A stretch of 64,000 nucleotides of DNA from Anaerolineales bacterium (GTDB lineage: Bacteria > Chloroflexota > Anaerolineae > Anaerolineales > UBA4823). The DNA is taken from NCBI GenBank assembly GCA_027494035.1, contig JAOSJQ010000001.1, positions 69,693-133,692 of the forward strand, in the 5' to 3' direction. Below are positions 38,749-48,567 of the stretch, in pieces. The stretch's first letter is position 1; each line of letters opens with the position of its first letter. The translations under genes and the position numbers were made by a program. The notes under the pieces are model-generated. The model did no database searches. It had not been told where the DNA came from and saw only the letters and a program-made list of their open reading frames with translations.

Positions 38749-40614
38749 TTATTCCAGAACTTCTTTAATCGTCTGAGCCAGCCCCGGGTTGATGCCATTC
38801 ACCAGAATCAACTCATCTTGGGAGGCGTTCAGGATCCCTTCAATCGAACCGAACCGCGCCAACAACGCCTTGCGCCGCGTTGGACCGATCCCCGGAATTT
38901 TATCCAGACGCGATGCCAGCCCCGCCTTTGTGCGCTGCTGGCGGTGAGCGGTGATCGCAAAACGATGCGCCTCATCGCGGATGCGCTGGACGAGGTAAAG
39001 CGCCTGCGAATGGCGCGCCAGCACCAACGGGAGCGGCTTCCCAGGTAAGAACAGTTCCTCGTTCTGTTTTGCCAGACCCGCCACTGGAATTTTTCCAGCA
39101 AGGTTGAACTTCTCCAGCACAGCCACAGCCCGGCTCAATTGACCCTTTCCACCATCTACGATCAGTAAATCCGGCAGCCGGTAAAAAGCCTGATCCGGTT
39201 TTTTCCCGGGCGTTTCCGCGGTTTCCTGCGCGGCTTTCCAGCGGTTAAACCTCCGCGTCAGCACCTCTTCCATGCTGGCGAAATCGTCTGGTCCGCTGAC
39301 GCTGCGAATGTTAAAACGCCGGTAGAGGTTCTTCCTCGGCACACCCTGCTCGAAAACCACCATGCCCCCAACGGCTGCGGTGCCTTGAATGTTGGAAATA
39401 TCATAACACTCGACCCGCCCAAGCGGCTGCTCGAGTTCCAACGCGGCTTGAAGCTCGCCCAACGCCTGTTCCTGGCGGTGACGGTCTGCGCGCCACTGCG
39501 CCTGGAGCGCCCGCAGCGTTTCAACGGCGTTCTCCACCGCCATGTCGATCAACTCTTGCTGCAACCCCTGGTGCGGTACTACGAGTTCGACTTTTTGATC
39601 GTCGCGGCGCTGGTTCAGCCACTGGCGGATGATCTGGGCTTCCTCCACCTCGTGGGGCAGCAGCACTTGGGGAGGCACGCTGGACGTTTGGCTATAAAAT
39701 TGCTTGATAAACTCAGACATCACGTCGGCATCGCTGTTTTCCTCCGCGCCCTCGAGCAGAAAGTAATCCCTGCCAATCAGCTTTCCGCCTCTGACGAAGA
39801 AGACCTGCACCACCGCATCGCCATCGGAACGGGCTAAAGCCAGCACGTCTGAATCGATGTAGTCGCTGGAGATGATCTTCTGGCGTTCAACCACCGCTTC
39901 AATCGCTCGGATCCGATCGCGCAGCGTTGCTGCCGTTTCATACTGCATCTCCTCGGAGGCTTTCTCCATTTTCGTCCGCAAGCGGGTGATAACGTTTTCC
40001 GTCCGTCCTTCGAGGAACTGGCACAAGTCACCGATCATCTGCCGATAACTGGCTTGGTCAATTTTCCCAATACAAGGAGCGCTGCAAAGCTTGATATCGT
40101 AATACAAACAGGCGCGCTCGTCTTTGCCGGTGATCTCCCGATCGCACGTGAGATAAGGAAAGATGCGCCTCAGCAAGTCCAACGTCTGGTGAACCGCCCA
40201 GACGCTGGTGTAGGGACCATAATAACGCGAGCCATCCTGCACCATCTGGCGGGTCACCGTCACGGTAGGAAACGGATCCGCCCAATGCACTTTGATGTAT
40301 GGGTAGCGTTTATCATCTTTCAACCGGACGTTGTAGTGCGGGCGATGCTTTTTGATCAGGTTCATCTCAAGGATCAGCGCTTCAAGCTCCGATCCTACAA
40401 CAATCCATTCAATATCCTGAATGTGCGAGACCAGCTTGCGGATGCGCGGTTCGTGATTTGCGCTGACATGAAAATAAGAGCGCACCCGGTTGCGCAAATT
40501 GACCGCCTTACCGATATAGATGACTTTCCCCGCCTCATCTTTCATCAAGTAGCAGCCCGGCTTGCTTGGCAGGCTGTTTAGGATATTGCCAATTTTCTCG
40601 TTGTGCTCAGACAT
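38749..40614 (-). CDS. uvrC: excinuclease ABC subunit C
   Basis: GIY-YIG N-terminus (GCYLMKDEAGKVIYIGKAVNLRNRVRSY), UVR domain and a C-terminal HhH. 621 aa. Confidence 0.95.
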   Translation of the reverse strand: MSEHNEKIGNILNSLPSKPGCYLMKDEAGKVIYIGKAVNLRNRVRSYFHVSANHEPRIRKLVSHIQDIEWIVVGSELEALILEMNLIKKHRPHYNVRLKDDKRYPYIKVHWADPFPTVTVTRQMVQDGSRYYGPYTSVWAVHQTLDLLRRIFPYLTCDREITGKDERACLYYDIKLCSAPCIGKIDQASYRQMIGDLCQFLEGRTENVITRLRTKMEKASEEMQYETAATLRDRIRAIEAVVERQKIISSDYIDSDVLALARSDGDAVVQVFFVRGGKLIGRDYFLLEGAEENSDADVMSEFIKQFYSQTSSVPPQVLLPHEVEEAQIIRQWLNQRRDDQKVELVVPHQGLQQELIDMAVENAVETLRALQAQWRADRHRQEQALGELQAALELEQPLGRVECYDISNIQGTAAVGGMVVFEQGVPRKNLYRRFNIRSVSGPDDFASMEEVLTRRFNRWKAAQETAETPGKKPDQAFYRLPDLLIVDGGKGQLSRAVAVLEKFNLAGKIPVAGLAKQNEELFLPGKPLPLVLARHSQALYLVQRIRDEAHRFAITAHRQQRTKAGLASRLDKIPGIGPTRRKALLARFGSIEGILNASQDELILVNGINPGLAQTIKEVLE

Positions 40615-40626
40615 GATAAGTAAAGA

Positions 40627-41116
40627 TTATGCCAGGATGACCTGGTCGAGCAGTTCCAGCGCCGCCTTCGCCAGCGTTTCTGGTTCGCCCTGGTAAACGC
40701 CAACGATGCCGCCCTCGCCGTCCAGCACAGCCACCGCCGGCTTTGAACTGATATCGCGCAAGCTCAATGCGCGGGCGCATGCGCTCTTCCAGTCTGGCAA
40801 GATGATGACGTAATCACCCCGGATCCACATCGCCGGAGAGCTTCTCAACCGTTTCTTTGTAAGCTTTCTTCATTTCACTTTCAGCCAAGCCGTGGAAGAT
40901 TCCGGGGATGCCGCGCAAACTGGCAATATTCGCCACGAGCACCTGGGAAGCGTCCGGATAGCGGTCTCTAACAGCCTGAGTGATTTTCTCGGACAGATAT
41001 TGGGTGTCCACCCAGAGAAAAGCCAGCACCATCGGGACGCCTAATCGATCCAGCACAAACCTGCGCCCTGAGGCAATTGCCGTCAATTTTATCGGTGGGA
41101 TTTTTTCCATTTTCAC
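40627..41116 (-). CDS. hypothetical protein (possible thioredoxin-like fold, no CxxC), frameshifted as sequenced
   Basis: ORFs 40814..41116 and 40627..40848 join as ...SGDVDPGDYVIILPDW... if one base is removed from the C4/G4 run at 40817-40820. Confidence 0.5.
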
Positions 41117-41351
41117 ATCAGATCAGAACAACTTGCCTCGAATTGCTGCTGATTATACCGAAGACAGATAAGAATTTCATCAGAACGTCAACTTCATGAA
41201 AACAGCAGAAGAACTCAAGGGTGAAACCGATGGGCCCCAGCCATTGTTAGCCGGGGACAAAATAAAGAGCAGCCGTAACTATGGCGCGCATTCCGTGTTT
41301 CAATAGCCGAATAAATTAACGAGCTGAGTAGACTGTTATGAGGAGGATGAA

Positions 41352-41987
41352 ATGACTTTCGAAATATTCTGCATGACTCTGATTGCGCTTTTCTTTGGTA
41401 TGGCGGTTTGTTTCAATGGGTATCGCTGGTTTATCATCTTGCTGCCGATCCTGGGATTCTTCTTTGGTTTTGGACTTGGCGCTCACACTGTGACCGCGAT
41501 CTTTGAGGGAGGGTTTCTGAGCACAATTACGAGTTGGGTGGTGGGTTTTGGCGTTGCTCTGGTGTTCGCGGCGCTTTCATATTTGTTCTATTTTGTTGGC
41601 GTCGCTTTGATCGGGGGTTCGCTTGGCTACGCCCTGGGCGTCGGCTTTATGGGGCTGATTGGGATCAACTTCAGCCTGCTCGTCTGGCTGGTCGGCATGG
41701 CGCTCGGGGTAGTTTTTGCTATCGCCACACTGGCGCTCAACATTCAGAAATATGTGATCATCATCTATACCGCTTTGGCAGGCGCGGCAGTGATCGTAGG
41801 CTCTTTCCTGTTCGCGTTTGGCGTCATTCAACCGGTTGATGTGGGCTTCAATGCGGTCGGAAAAGTCATCGCGAACTCGACGATCTGGCTGATTATCTTT
41901 GTGGTGCTCGCCGTCCTGGGTCTTGTCTCGCAGCTCTACGCCAACCGAACCTACGAGCTTGCCCCTCCGGAAAGCCCCATCGCCTGA
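41352..41987 (+). CDS. Gly-rich polytopic membrane protein (DUF4203-like)
   Basis: Strong RBS GAGGAGG before the ATG. About six hydrophobic helices. No catalytic motif. Confidence 0.7.
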   Translation: MTFEIFCMTLIALFFGMAVCFNGYRWFIILLPILGFFFGFGLGAHTVTAIFEGGFLSTITSWVVGFGVALVFAALSYLFYFVGVALIGGSLGYALGVGFMGLIGINFSLLVWLVGMALGVVFAIATLALNIQKYVIIIYTALAGAAVIVGSFLFAFGVIQPVDVGFNAVGKVIANSTIWLIIFVVLAVLGLVSQLYANRTYELAPPESPIA

Positions 41988-42005
41988 CCAACGCGCACAC
42001 AGACT

Positions 42006-42045
42006 TCAGGACCAGCTTCGGTTTTGGCGCTGGTCCTGACTTTTT
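42006..42045 (+). terminator. rho-independent terminator
   Basis: Perfect 11-bp stem, TCAGGACCAGC (42006-42016) with GCTGGTCCTGA (42029-42039), a 12-nt loop, and TTTTT at 42041-42045. Confidence 0.8.
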
Positions 42046-42066
42046 AATCGCAGCGGCAGCGAACGC

Positions 42067-43106
42067 CTAGTCCGCGTTGGAATTAGCGGGTATGACTTTG
42101 ATTTCGAAGAGCCTGGGCCAGTACTTGCCGGTGATAAAAAGCCGTCCGCTATCTAGATCGTAAGCGATTCCGTTGGGGACTTCCGCTGCGACAAGCTCCT
42201 CGGGAGTTAGCAGCCCGCCGATATCGATCCACCCTTTGACCCGCCCGCTGCTGGGATCGATGGCGCGATGCAGGAGGTCTGATAAACGTTCGCCCAAACC
42301 TCCCCTGCAACAAATTCCAGTTCATTGAGCCGCGTTACCGGCGTTTCATGATTCCGAACCTGAACCGCTGAAATTGTCTTTTGGTCCTCTTTAGAAAGCC
42401 AGTAAAGCTGGTCCGAACCATCGCTCATGATCAGATTCTGCCCGTCATCCGTCAGCCCCCAGCCTTCGGTCGCATAAGCAAAAGTGCCGGTCATCCCCAG
42501 GCTGCTCGGATCGTAGATAAAGCCGGTATGTTCTTTCCAGGTAAGCTGAAAGAGCCGCCCATCAAGCAACGCTAATCCCTCGGCGAAATAAGCCTCGGGA
42601 ATCTCTCTGGACAATTCCACCTGCCCGGTCTCGAGGTCCACAATTCGAACCGCGGAGGCGCCGTATAAGCCCGTGCTTTCATACATCACCCCGTCCGCGT
42701 ACACCAGCCCCTGGGTGTACGCTTGCGGATCGTGAGGGTAAGTGTTGATCACCTCGTGAGAATAAACCGGCAGATCTTCGGCAAATTCGAGCCATGGACA
42801 AACGTAGGTGAAAACCGCCGGCTGCTGACTTGAAGCCGGCGCAAGCGGCACCCTGCCCGGTCCCAATTGAGGCGGGTTGGCGGTTGCCAACGCCGCAGCC
42901 GTGGACGGCAAGTCCGGTGGCTGCGGGTAAGCCGGCATCGCAGGCATCTCGGGAGGCGGATAGGGTGTCGGGGACGCCGGGGCGCGCGTCGCCCTCGCCA
43001 GAGAGATCGTCGGATTGCTTTTATGAGGTGTCTGCCCGACGCTGCAAGCGGCGCTCGCCAACAAAACCGCAATGGATAGCAGCCGCCAGATAACTTTTCC
43101 ACTCAT
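42067..43106 (-). CDS. glutaminyl-peptide cyclotransferase (beta-propeller type) lipoprotein, frameshifted as sequenced
   Basis: Lipobox LLASAAC, a Pro-rich linker, then HDPQAYTQGL...YESTGLYG...LTWKEHTGF...EGWGLT...NELEFVAGEVWANVYQ. The C-terminal blade (LLHRAIDPSSGRVKGWID...ITGKYWPRLFEI) is in ORF 42067..42297. The break is near 42276-42290. Confidence 0.82.
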
Positions 43107-43216
43107 AAAACGGGATTATACTCAATCAGCCACATTTCACGCTGAATTCGCCGGTTCGCGATTTATAATGATTGCTGAGTGATCGTCGCTCTCAAACTGA
43201 TTAAGGAGATTATTTG

Positions 43217-45232
43217 ATGGGATTTCACGGCGCCGGCTGGTGGAGCTACCTCAGCGCCTCGGAGGAGAAACCCCGGGTAACCTGGGCATTGCTGCGCCGG
43301 GTGTTCAATTACTCCAAACCATACCGCAAAGAATTAACTGGCATGCTGCTCGCGATCCTGGCGGGCACGAGCTTGACTCTGGTTACGCCATTAATCTTGC
43401 GCACACTGATCGATCAAACCATCCCCCAAAAGAACCTGCAGCAACTGGTCTGGTTAGCGCTGGGGTTACTGGTCGTACCGGCGCTCGGCGGTTTGATCAA
43501 CGTTTTTCAGCGCCGGTTGAATGCCCGCGTCGGGGAGGGCGTGATTTTTGATCTGCGCGTGGCGCTGTTCGCCCGCCTGCAGCGCATGTCGCTGCGCTTC
43601 TTCACCAACACCCGCGTCGGCGAATTGATGAGCCGCCTGAACAACGACGTCGTCGGCGCCCAAAACGCGATCACCAGCACAATCGTGGGGATCATTACCA
43701 ACATCGTACAAGCTACGGCGGTGTTGATCGTGATGCTGCGGTTGGAGTGGCGTCTGACCATCATCAGCGTCTTGATTCTGCCGCTTTTCATCCTGGCGGC
43801 GCGCCAGATGGGCAGCCGGCTGCGCACCATCGCGCGCCAGGCGATGGACGCCAACGCCCAGATGAACGCCATGATGAACGAAACGCTCAACATTGGCGGG
43901 GCGCTGCTGGTGAAGCTGTTCGGCAGGACTGATCTTGAGGTCGAACGATTCAAGAACCGCGCTTCGACCGTGCGCGATATCGGAATAAACCGCGCGGTTT
44001 TGGGCACCTTCTTTTTCGTCATCATTGGGCTGCTCAGCGCGGTGGGCACCGCCCTGGTGTATGGATTGGGCGGCTACCTGGTAATCCGGGAGGTGTTCAC
44101 CATCGGTACGATCGTGGCGTTTGGCGCCTACCTGACCAGCCTGTACAGCGCACTCCAGGGTCTGGCAAACTCGCCGGTCGAATTCGCGACATCGATCGTC
44201 AGTTTCGAGCGGGTCTTCGAGGTGATCGATCTGCCGCCGGAGATCGAACAAAAACCCGACGCCCTCATCCTTCAGAATGTGCGCGGCGAGCTAGAATTCG
44301 AGCAGGTATCTTTTCGTTACGATCTGGACACCCTGCCTCTGCTCAGCCAGGTGGAAAGACACGGCTCGCTCAGCAGCGTGACCACGGCGCTGTCCGGGAC
44401 AAAGGTCGAGACGAAGCCAGTTCGCGATGCGCCGCCCGCGGACGGGAATGGAAGCGCCCAGCCTCCCGCGCTCCTCGACCGCCCATTGCCGGCTGAAGCC
44501 GAAGAAGAGAGCGAACCGCGCAGCCAGGCGCGCTTGAACGCGCTGGAGGATATCTCGTTCGCTGTCCATCCGGGGCAGCTCCTTGCGCTGGTGGGTCCCA
44601 GCGGAGCCGGCAAAACTACCCTGACCTACCTGATACCGCGCCTTTACGACCCCTCCAGCGGACGGATCCGCATCGACGGGCACGATCTGCGCGACGTTAC
44701 CCTCGACTCGCTTTCGAACCAGATCGGCATGGTTACCCAGGAAACGCACCTTTTCCACGACACCATCCGCACAAACCTGCTTTATGCAAAGCTGGACGCC
44801 ACACAAGCGGAGCTTGAAGCAGCCTGCCGGAGCGCCAACATCCACGAATTCATTTCCGAACTGCCCGAGCGTTACGATACGGTGGTTGGCGAACGCGGCT
44901 ATCGGTTGAGCGGGGGCGAGAAGCAGCGCCTAGCGCTGGCGCGCGTGATCCTTAAAAACCCCGCCATCCTGGTGCTGGACGAGGCGACCAGCCACCTGGA
45001 CAGCGAATCGGAGCTTCTTATCCAGGAAGCGCTAAAACGCATCATGACCGGGCGAACCAGCATCGTGATCGCTCATCGCTTAAGCACTATTCTGGCTGCC
45101 GATTCGATCTTGGTGATGGACCGCGGCAGAATCGCCGAACGCGGCGCCCACCAACAACTGCTCCAGCTTGGCGGGATTTATACCAGCCTGTACGAGACCC
45201 AGTTCAACCGCCAGGCTGAAGGGCGGGCGTGA
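43217..45232 (+). CDS. ABC exporter, fused permease/ATPase (MsbA-like) with an insertion of about 70 aa at the start of the NBD
   Basis: RBS AAGGAG. Six-TM exporter domain, Walker A GPSGAGKTT, signature LSGGEKQRLALAR, Walker B LVLDEATSHLD. Confidence 0.9.
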   Translation: MGFHGAGWWSYLSASEEKPRVTWALLRRVFNYSKPYRKELTGMLLAILAGTSLTLVTPLILRTLIDQTIPQKNLQQLVWLALGLLVVPALGGLINVFQRRLNARVGEGVIFDLRVALFARLQRMSLRFFTNTRVGELMSRLNNDVVGAQNAITSTIVGIITNIVQATAVLIVMLRLEWRLTIISVLILPLFILAARQMGSRLRTIARQAMDANAQMNAMMNETLNIGGALLVKLFGRTDLEVERFKNRASTVRDIGINRAVLGTFFFVIIGLLSAVGTALVYGLGGYLVIREVFTIGTIVAFGAYLTSLYSALQGLANSPVEFATSIVSFERVFEVIDLPPEIEQKPDALILQNVRGELEFEQVSFRYDLDTLPLLSQVERHGSLSSVTTALSGTKVETKPVRDAPPADGNGSAQPPALLDRPLPAEAEEESEPRSQARLNALEDISFAVHPGQLLALVGPSGAGKTTLTYLIPRLYDPSSGRIRIDGHDLRDVTLDSLSNQIGMVTQETHLFHDTIRTNLLYAKLDATQAELEAACRSANIHEFISELPERYDTVVGERGYRLSGGEKQRLALARVILKNPAILVLDEATSHLDSESELLIQEALKRIMTGRTSIVIAHRLSTILAADSILVMDRGRIAERGAHQQLLQLGGIYTSLYETQFNRQAEGRA

Positions 45233-45378
45233 AGTGCAAAGCACATCTGGTGCACGCAAATTGGTTCAGGCTGCAAGGTCGCAGGGCAGGCTCGGCAAGG
45301 CTCAGCCGCGGGGCAGAATCCCCGCCGCCTGCCGCCAGCCGTGTTAGCCGGCTTTGTGCCCTTGAATGACTCGATAAA

Positions 45379-45816
45379 CTACAGCCCCAGAGCGGGGTCG
45401 AGCGCAAGGCTGCCCGCGCCCATAAATAACAGCGCCAAAGCCATCGCCAGCAGTGCAAAGTCGAGTTCCCAGCCGGAACCCTGTTGACCCACGAACCCGA
45501 CCTTCATGAAGCCTCTCTTGGCGACAAAAATCGCTACGAGCATATTAATGATGAACCCGACTGCCATAATGCGCGTCCCCAGACCGAGGATGATCAGCAC
45601 CGAACCGAACGTCTCGAGTAACGCCACGACCCAGGCAAAGAGCGTAGGCAGCGGGACGCCCATCTGCTTGAGGAATCCGCTAAAGCCAGCCGTGCCTTTC
45701 GATGGCGAGTTGGGATTGAGTTTGGGCAATCCGTGAACGAGGAAGATGATTCCCATACCCAGGCGTAGAAACAACAAGCCCCAATCGCTTAAAGGTGCGA
45801 ATATGCTCTCCAACAT
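45379..45816 (-). CDS. DoxX family membrane protein
   Basis: RBS AAAGGAGG. A 145-aa four-TM protein with the DoxX-like segment GLLFLRLGMGIIFLVHGLPKL. Confidence 0.8.
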   Translation of the reverse strand: MLESIFAPLSDWGLLFLRLGMGIIFLVHGLPKLNPNSPSKGTAGFSGFLKQMGVPLPTLFAWVVALLETFGSVLIILGLGTRIMAVGFIINMLVAIFVAKRGFMKVGFVGQQGSGWELDFALLAMALALLFMGAGSLALDPALGL

Positions 45817-46001
45817 CGTTATCCTCCTTTATATATTGAAAAGTGGGATTAGTATTGTTGCAACGCACGGGCTAATGATAAGTCCGGCGCTGTAATCAGA
45901 GCAATTATACCGGATAACGACAGATTTTAGCGGAAAGGGGGAGCAGAAAAAAATCCGCAGCGAGGAAAATGCCGGAACCCTGTTTCATTTCTGTTCCAGC
46001 A

Positions 46002-46195
46002 TCAGCCCGGGTTTTCCTCAGTTCTTGCGCCGATAAACAAAGCAATGCTGATGCCGATCAGTACAGCTGCGACCAGCGAGAATACAATATTTGCCGGACC
46101 CCATTTCATCACCAAACCGACGCTGTTAACCAGCAGAAGCACAAAGCCTAACAGGCTTATTGCCAAACCAATTGTATACCTTTTTTGTTTATCAT
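46002..46195 (-). CDS. small two-TM membrane protein (about 64 aa), frameshifted as sequenced, not in the supplied ORF track
   Basis: The ATG at 46195 is preceded by a strong SD (GAAGGGGA). Adding one base to the 6-nt A/T run at 46181-46186 gives MINKKRYTIGLAISLLGFVLLLVNSVGLVMKWGPANIVFSLVAAVLIGISIALFIGARTEENPG-stop. The 194-nt span is one base short of a multiple of three. Confidence 0.4.
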
Positions 46196-46329
46196 TTCTA
46201 ATTCCCCTTCTGATGTACCGGTAAGAGCAATAAGAATGCGCTTGGCGGTGTGCGTTAGCGGCGGACGGGGAGCGAGGGAAAATGTGTGTCAGCCGCTACG
46301 AATCTCTATCCACAGTGTTGGGCAGCTTT

Positions 46330-47118
46330 TTATTCCGCTAAAACAGAATTTATTGTCTGCTTCATTTTCATAGGTTCAGCTATACACGGAATCACTTGAT
46401 GAGTTCCGCCGCTACCGCTTATTACTAAAGTACCATAATTTAATAGCCGCCCTAATAAGCTTTGATTTATTTGTATGCTTTCAACTTTTCCTAGGACGAG
46501 TTCAAGAGAGCTTCTTCTAATTATTCCAACCTTTGCTATAACACGCTTATCTGTGAGAGCAAACTCAGTAAATGCTTTTATTAAAAATGCCCGTAATAAT
46601 CCAATTCCTGCTATCACCCATAGAAGAAAGCCACAAATAAAAAAATTATTTGTGTCAAGTGATGCTAGGAAAGCAAAGGCAAATAGAATCAAGGATGATA
46701 AATAAACCACCCAATGGATCTTTGCTACAGCAAGCACCCTTTCATTAGGTAATATGATTGATTTTACATATTCACCAACATTTTTTGTTGGAATGGTAGG
46801 AAGACGCTGCAAGACTGATTCGCTTGATATTGGCGATTGCGCTTTAGTCGTCACTGATGATAATTGTTGCTCCAAAGGGAAAAGATCACTTGTGAGCTTA
46901 TTGAATAACTGATTTGCTTTTTCATTTTCAGGGTTTATTCGAAGAATTTGTTGTAGGCACTGGATGCGTTCTTGGTCATTATTGCAAACGTTATACATCC
47001 ATCCCCAAGCGCGCTCGCTATTTTGGTTTTGTTTAATTACCACAATAAAAATCCTGCGTGCTTCGTCACGTTTTCCGGCACGATATGCCGTAATCCCTTG
47101 TTGAAGTAAATCGTCCAT
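46330..47118 (-). CDS. TPR repeat plus bacterial PH (bPH_2/DUF304-like) membrane protein
   Basis: SD GGAAGGGG before the ATG at 47118. N-terminal TPR-like helices (AYRAGKRDEARRIF...ERAWGWMY), two TM helices, then TDKRVIAKVGIIRRSSLELVLGKVESIQINQSLLGRLLNYGTLVI, which is typical of YdbS/YdbT PH domains. The gene is markedly AT-rich. Confidence 0.75.
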   Translation of the reverse strand: MDDLLQQGITAYRAGKRDEARRIFIVVIKQNQNSERAWGWMYNVCNNDQERIQCLQQILRINPENEKANQLFNKLTSDLFPLEQQLSSVTTKAQSPISSESVLQRLPTIPTKNVGEYVKSIILPNERVLAVAKIHWVVYLSSLILFAFAFLASLDTNNFFICGFLLWVIAGIGLLRAFLIKAFTEFALTDKRVIAKVGIIRRSSLELVLGKVESIQINQSLLGRLLNYGTLVISGSGGTHQVIPCIAEPMKMKQTINSVLAE

Positions 47119-47418
47119 AGTTTCCCCTTCCACTACTTTGTTATGCAGGGTTATCGCCCGACTATCATTACTTAAACTTACACTTCACGGCAATTATTCC
47201 CAATAACCAGGGGCGAAATGGCTCTTCTACTGCAACTATGTTCGCTTATCACAAACAAAAAATTATGAGCAAATCTTAAAATATTATAAGCCAAGTCATA
47301 ATGCATCATACTCTCAATTCTGTAAGTCACACCTCAATGACCAATCCATCCTCCCCAAAACTAAAAAACTCGCCCTCTCTCCTTCGCGGCGCGCCCCGTT
47401 CGAAGCGCGGCTATGCCT

Positions 47419-47916
47419 TCACGCGACGATTTTCTTCCAGTCCAGGTTTTGGGTGGTGTTGAACAGCCGGTGATCGTCGTCCACTTCGTGAAATTCCAAA
47501 TTCAGGAAGGTCTTTTCCGCCAGTGTCCGGGTTTCGTCCAGCGGCACGACCGTGTCGCCTCTCCCATGGTAGACCACCGTCGGGACGTCGATCGGCGCGG
47601 GCGGGCGCTCGGCGAATTCGGGCAGGAACAACGCCGGCGCGAGCAGGATCTGTTTGCGCACCCGCCCCGGGTGGCTGGTGCTAAACAACGCGGCCATCAA
47701 GCCGCCCAAACTGGAACCGATCACCGTCCAGTCGTCGCCCTCAGCCAGATAGCCGAGCAGAGCCTGCATGCGCTCCGGCAGGTCGCCGCGGAAATCCGGG
47801 GTCAGCATCTCCGGGAAAATGCCGCGCAGCAACACCGCCTTATCGCCCTGGCTGCTGCCCTCCAAACCGTGGATTAAGATCGTTCTTTTAGGGTTGAATG
47901 GTTTCATAATGGTCAA
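47419..47916 (-). CDS. small alpha/beta hydrolase (YqiA-like esterase)
   Basis: ILIHGLEGS, nucleophile elbow GSSLGG, and C-terminal DDDHRL. Confidence 0.75.
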   Translation of the reverse strand: MTIMKPFNPKRTILIHGLEGSSQGDKAVLLRGIFPEMLTPDFRGDLPERMQALLGYLAEGDDWTVIGSSLGGLMAALFSTSHPGRVRKQILLAPALFLPEFAERPPAPIDVPTVVYHGRGDTVVPLDETRTLAEKTFLNLEFHEVDDDHRLFNTTQNLDWKKIVA

Positions 47917-48033
47917 TTGTAACTGATATTGCGCGGGGTCTCGTTTGCGCCGCGTGCTCGACCCACGGCGTTTCCGCCAAACCCCGCTCGGGTGGTTGGC
48001 TGTGATCGGAAAGCGGCGCTTCCCCCGGGCGTT

Positions 48034-48486
48034 CTAAGCCGCGCTGTACGGCGCCTGCCACGCCGGCGATTTATGCACATGGACGACCTTCCACCCCCCG
48101 CCCTGCTTGACCATCACCCGGCTCTCGTGGTGCGCGGCAACCCGCACCCCCGTCTCGGCGCCGCTGCTGCGCAGAAACGTGTACGAGGCGATGGCGGCGT
48201 CCCCGTAGCGTTGAATGTGCAGGTTCGCCAGGTCGAAGCGGGTCGAAGCCGCCGCACCCGCCCCCGAACGAGCGTCCTCTTCCGCGCCAAACGAGGTTCC
48301 CAAGCGGGCGTGCTCGTCCATCATGAAGTCGTGAAACGCCAGCCCGTCGATCCGGTGCGGCGTGACCCACCACTCGTAGAGCGTCAGGTCTTCGCTGGTC
48401 GTCTGGTGATAAACCTCCAGGTCGTTATCCAGGATCGATTTCAAGTGACGTCTCAAGAACTCCTCGATTTCCGCATCTGTCGTCAT
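48034..48486 (-). CDS. SnoaL-like/DUF4440 (NTF2-fold) protein
   Basis: SD AAAGGAGG before the ATG at 48486. The C-terminal segment ESRVMVKQGGGWKVVHVHKS is typical of DUF4440. Confidence 0.7.
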   Translation of the reverse strand: MTTDAEIEEFLRRHLKSILDNDLEVYHQTTSEDLTLYEWWVTPHRIDGLAFHDFMMDEHARLGTSFGAEEDARSGAGAAASTRFDLANLHIQRYGDAAIASYTFLRSSGAETGVRVAAHHESRVMVKQGGGWKVVHVHKSPAWQAPYSAA

Positions 48487-48567
48487 ACTGCCTCCTTTTG
48501 ATTTTGCCTCATTCACGGCTTCGCTGATCGATCAGGGGAGATACGACACAGCCGCCCCCGGTCACCT

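Noticed and set aside
38452-39048. 198-aa plus-strand ORF spanning the moaA-uvrC gap and the 3-prime end of uvrC.
   Set aside because: It overlaps the well-supported uvrC gene and has no motif. The small minus-strand single-TM ORF explains the gap better.
41196-41306. 36-codon ORF (MKTAEELKGETDGPQPLLAGDKIKSSRNYGAHSVFQ) in the 235-nt region upstream of the DUF4203-like gene.
   Set aside because: - It has no Shine-Dalgarno sequence.
- The product is hydrophilic and featureless.
- An untranslated leader or promoter region is equally consistent.
47360-47418. GC-rich segment (contains GGCGCGCC) followed by TTTTTT on the minus strand downstream of the alpha/beta hydrolase gene, considered as a terminator.
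   Set aside because: Only a stem of about 5 bp could be drawn with confidence by eye, so it is not reported as a feature.
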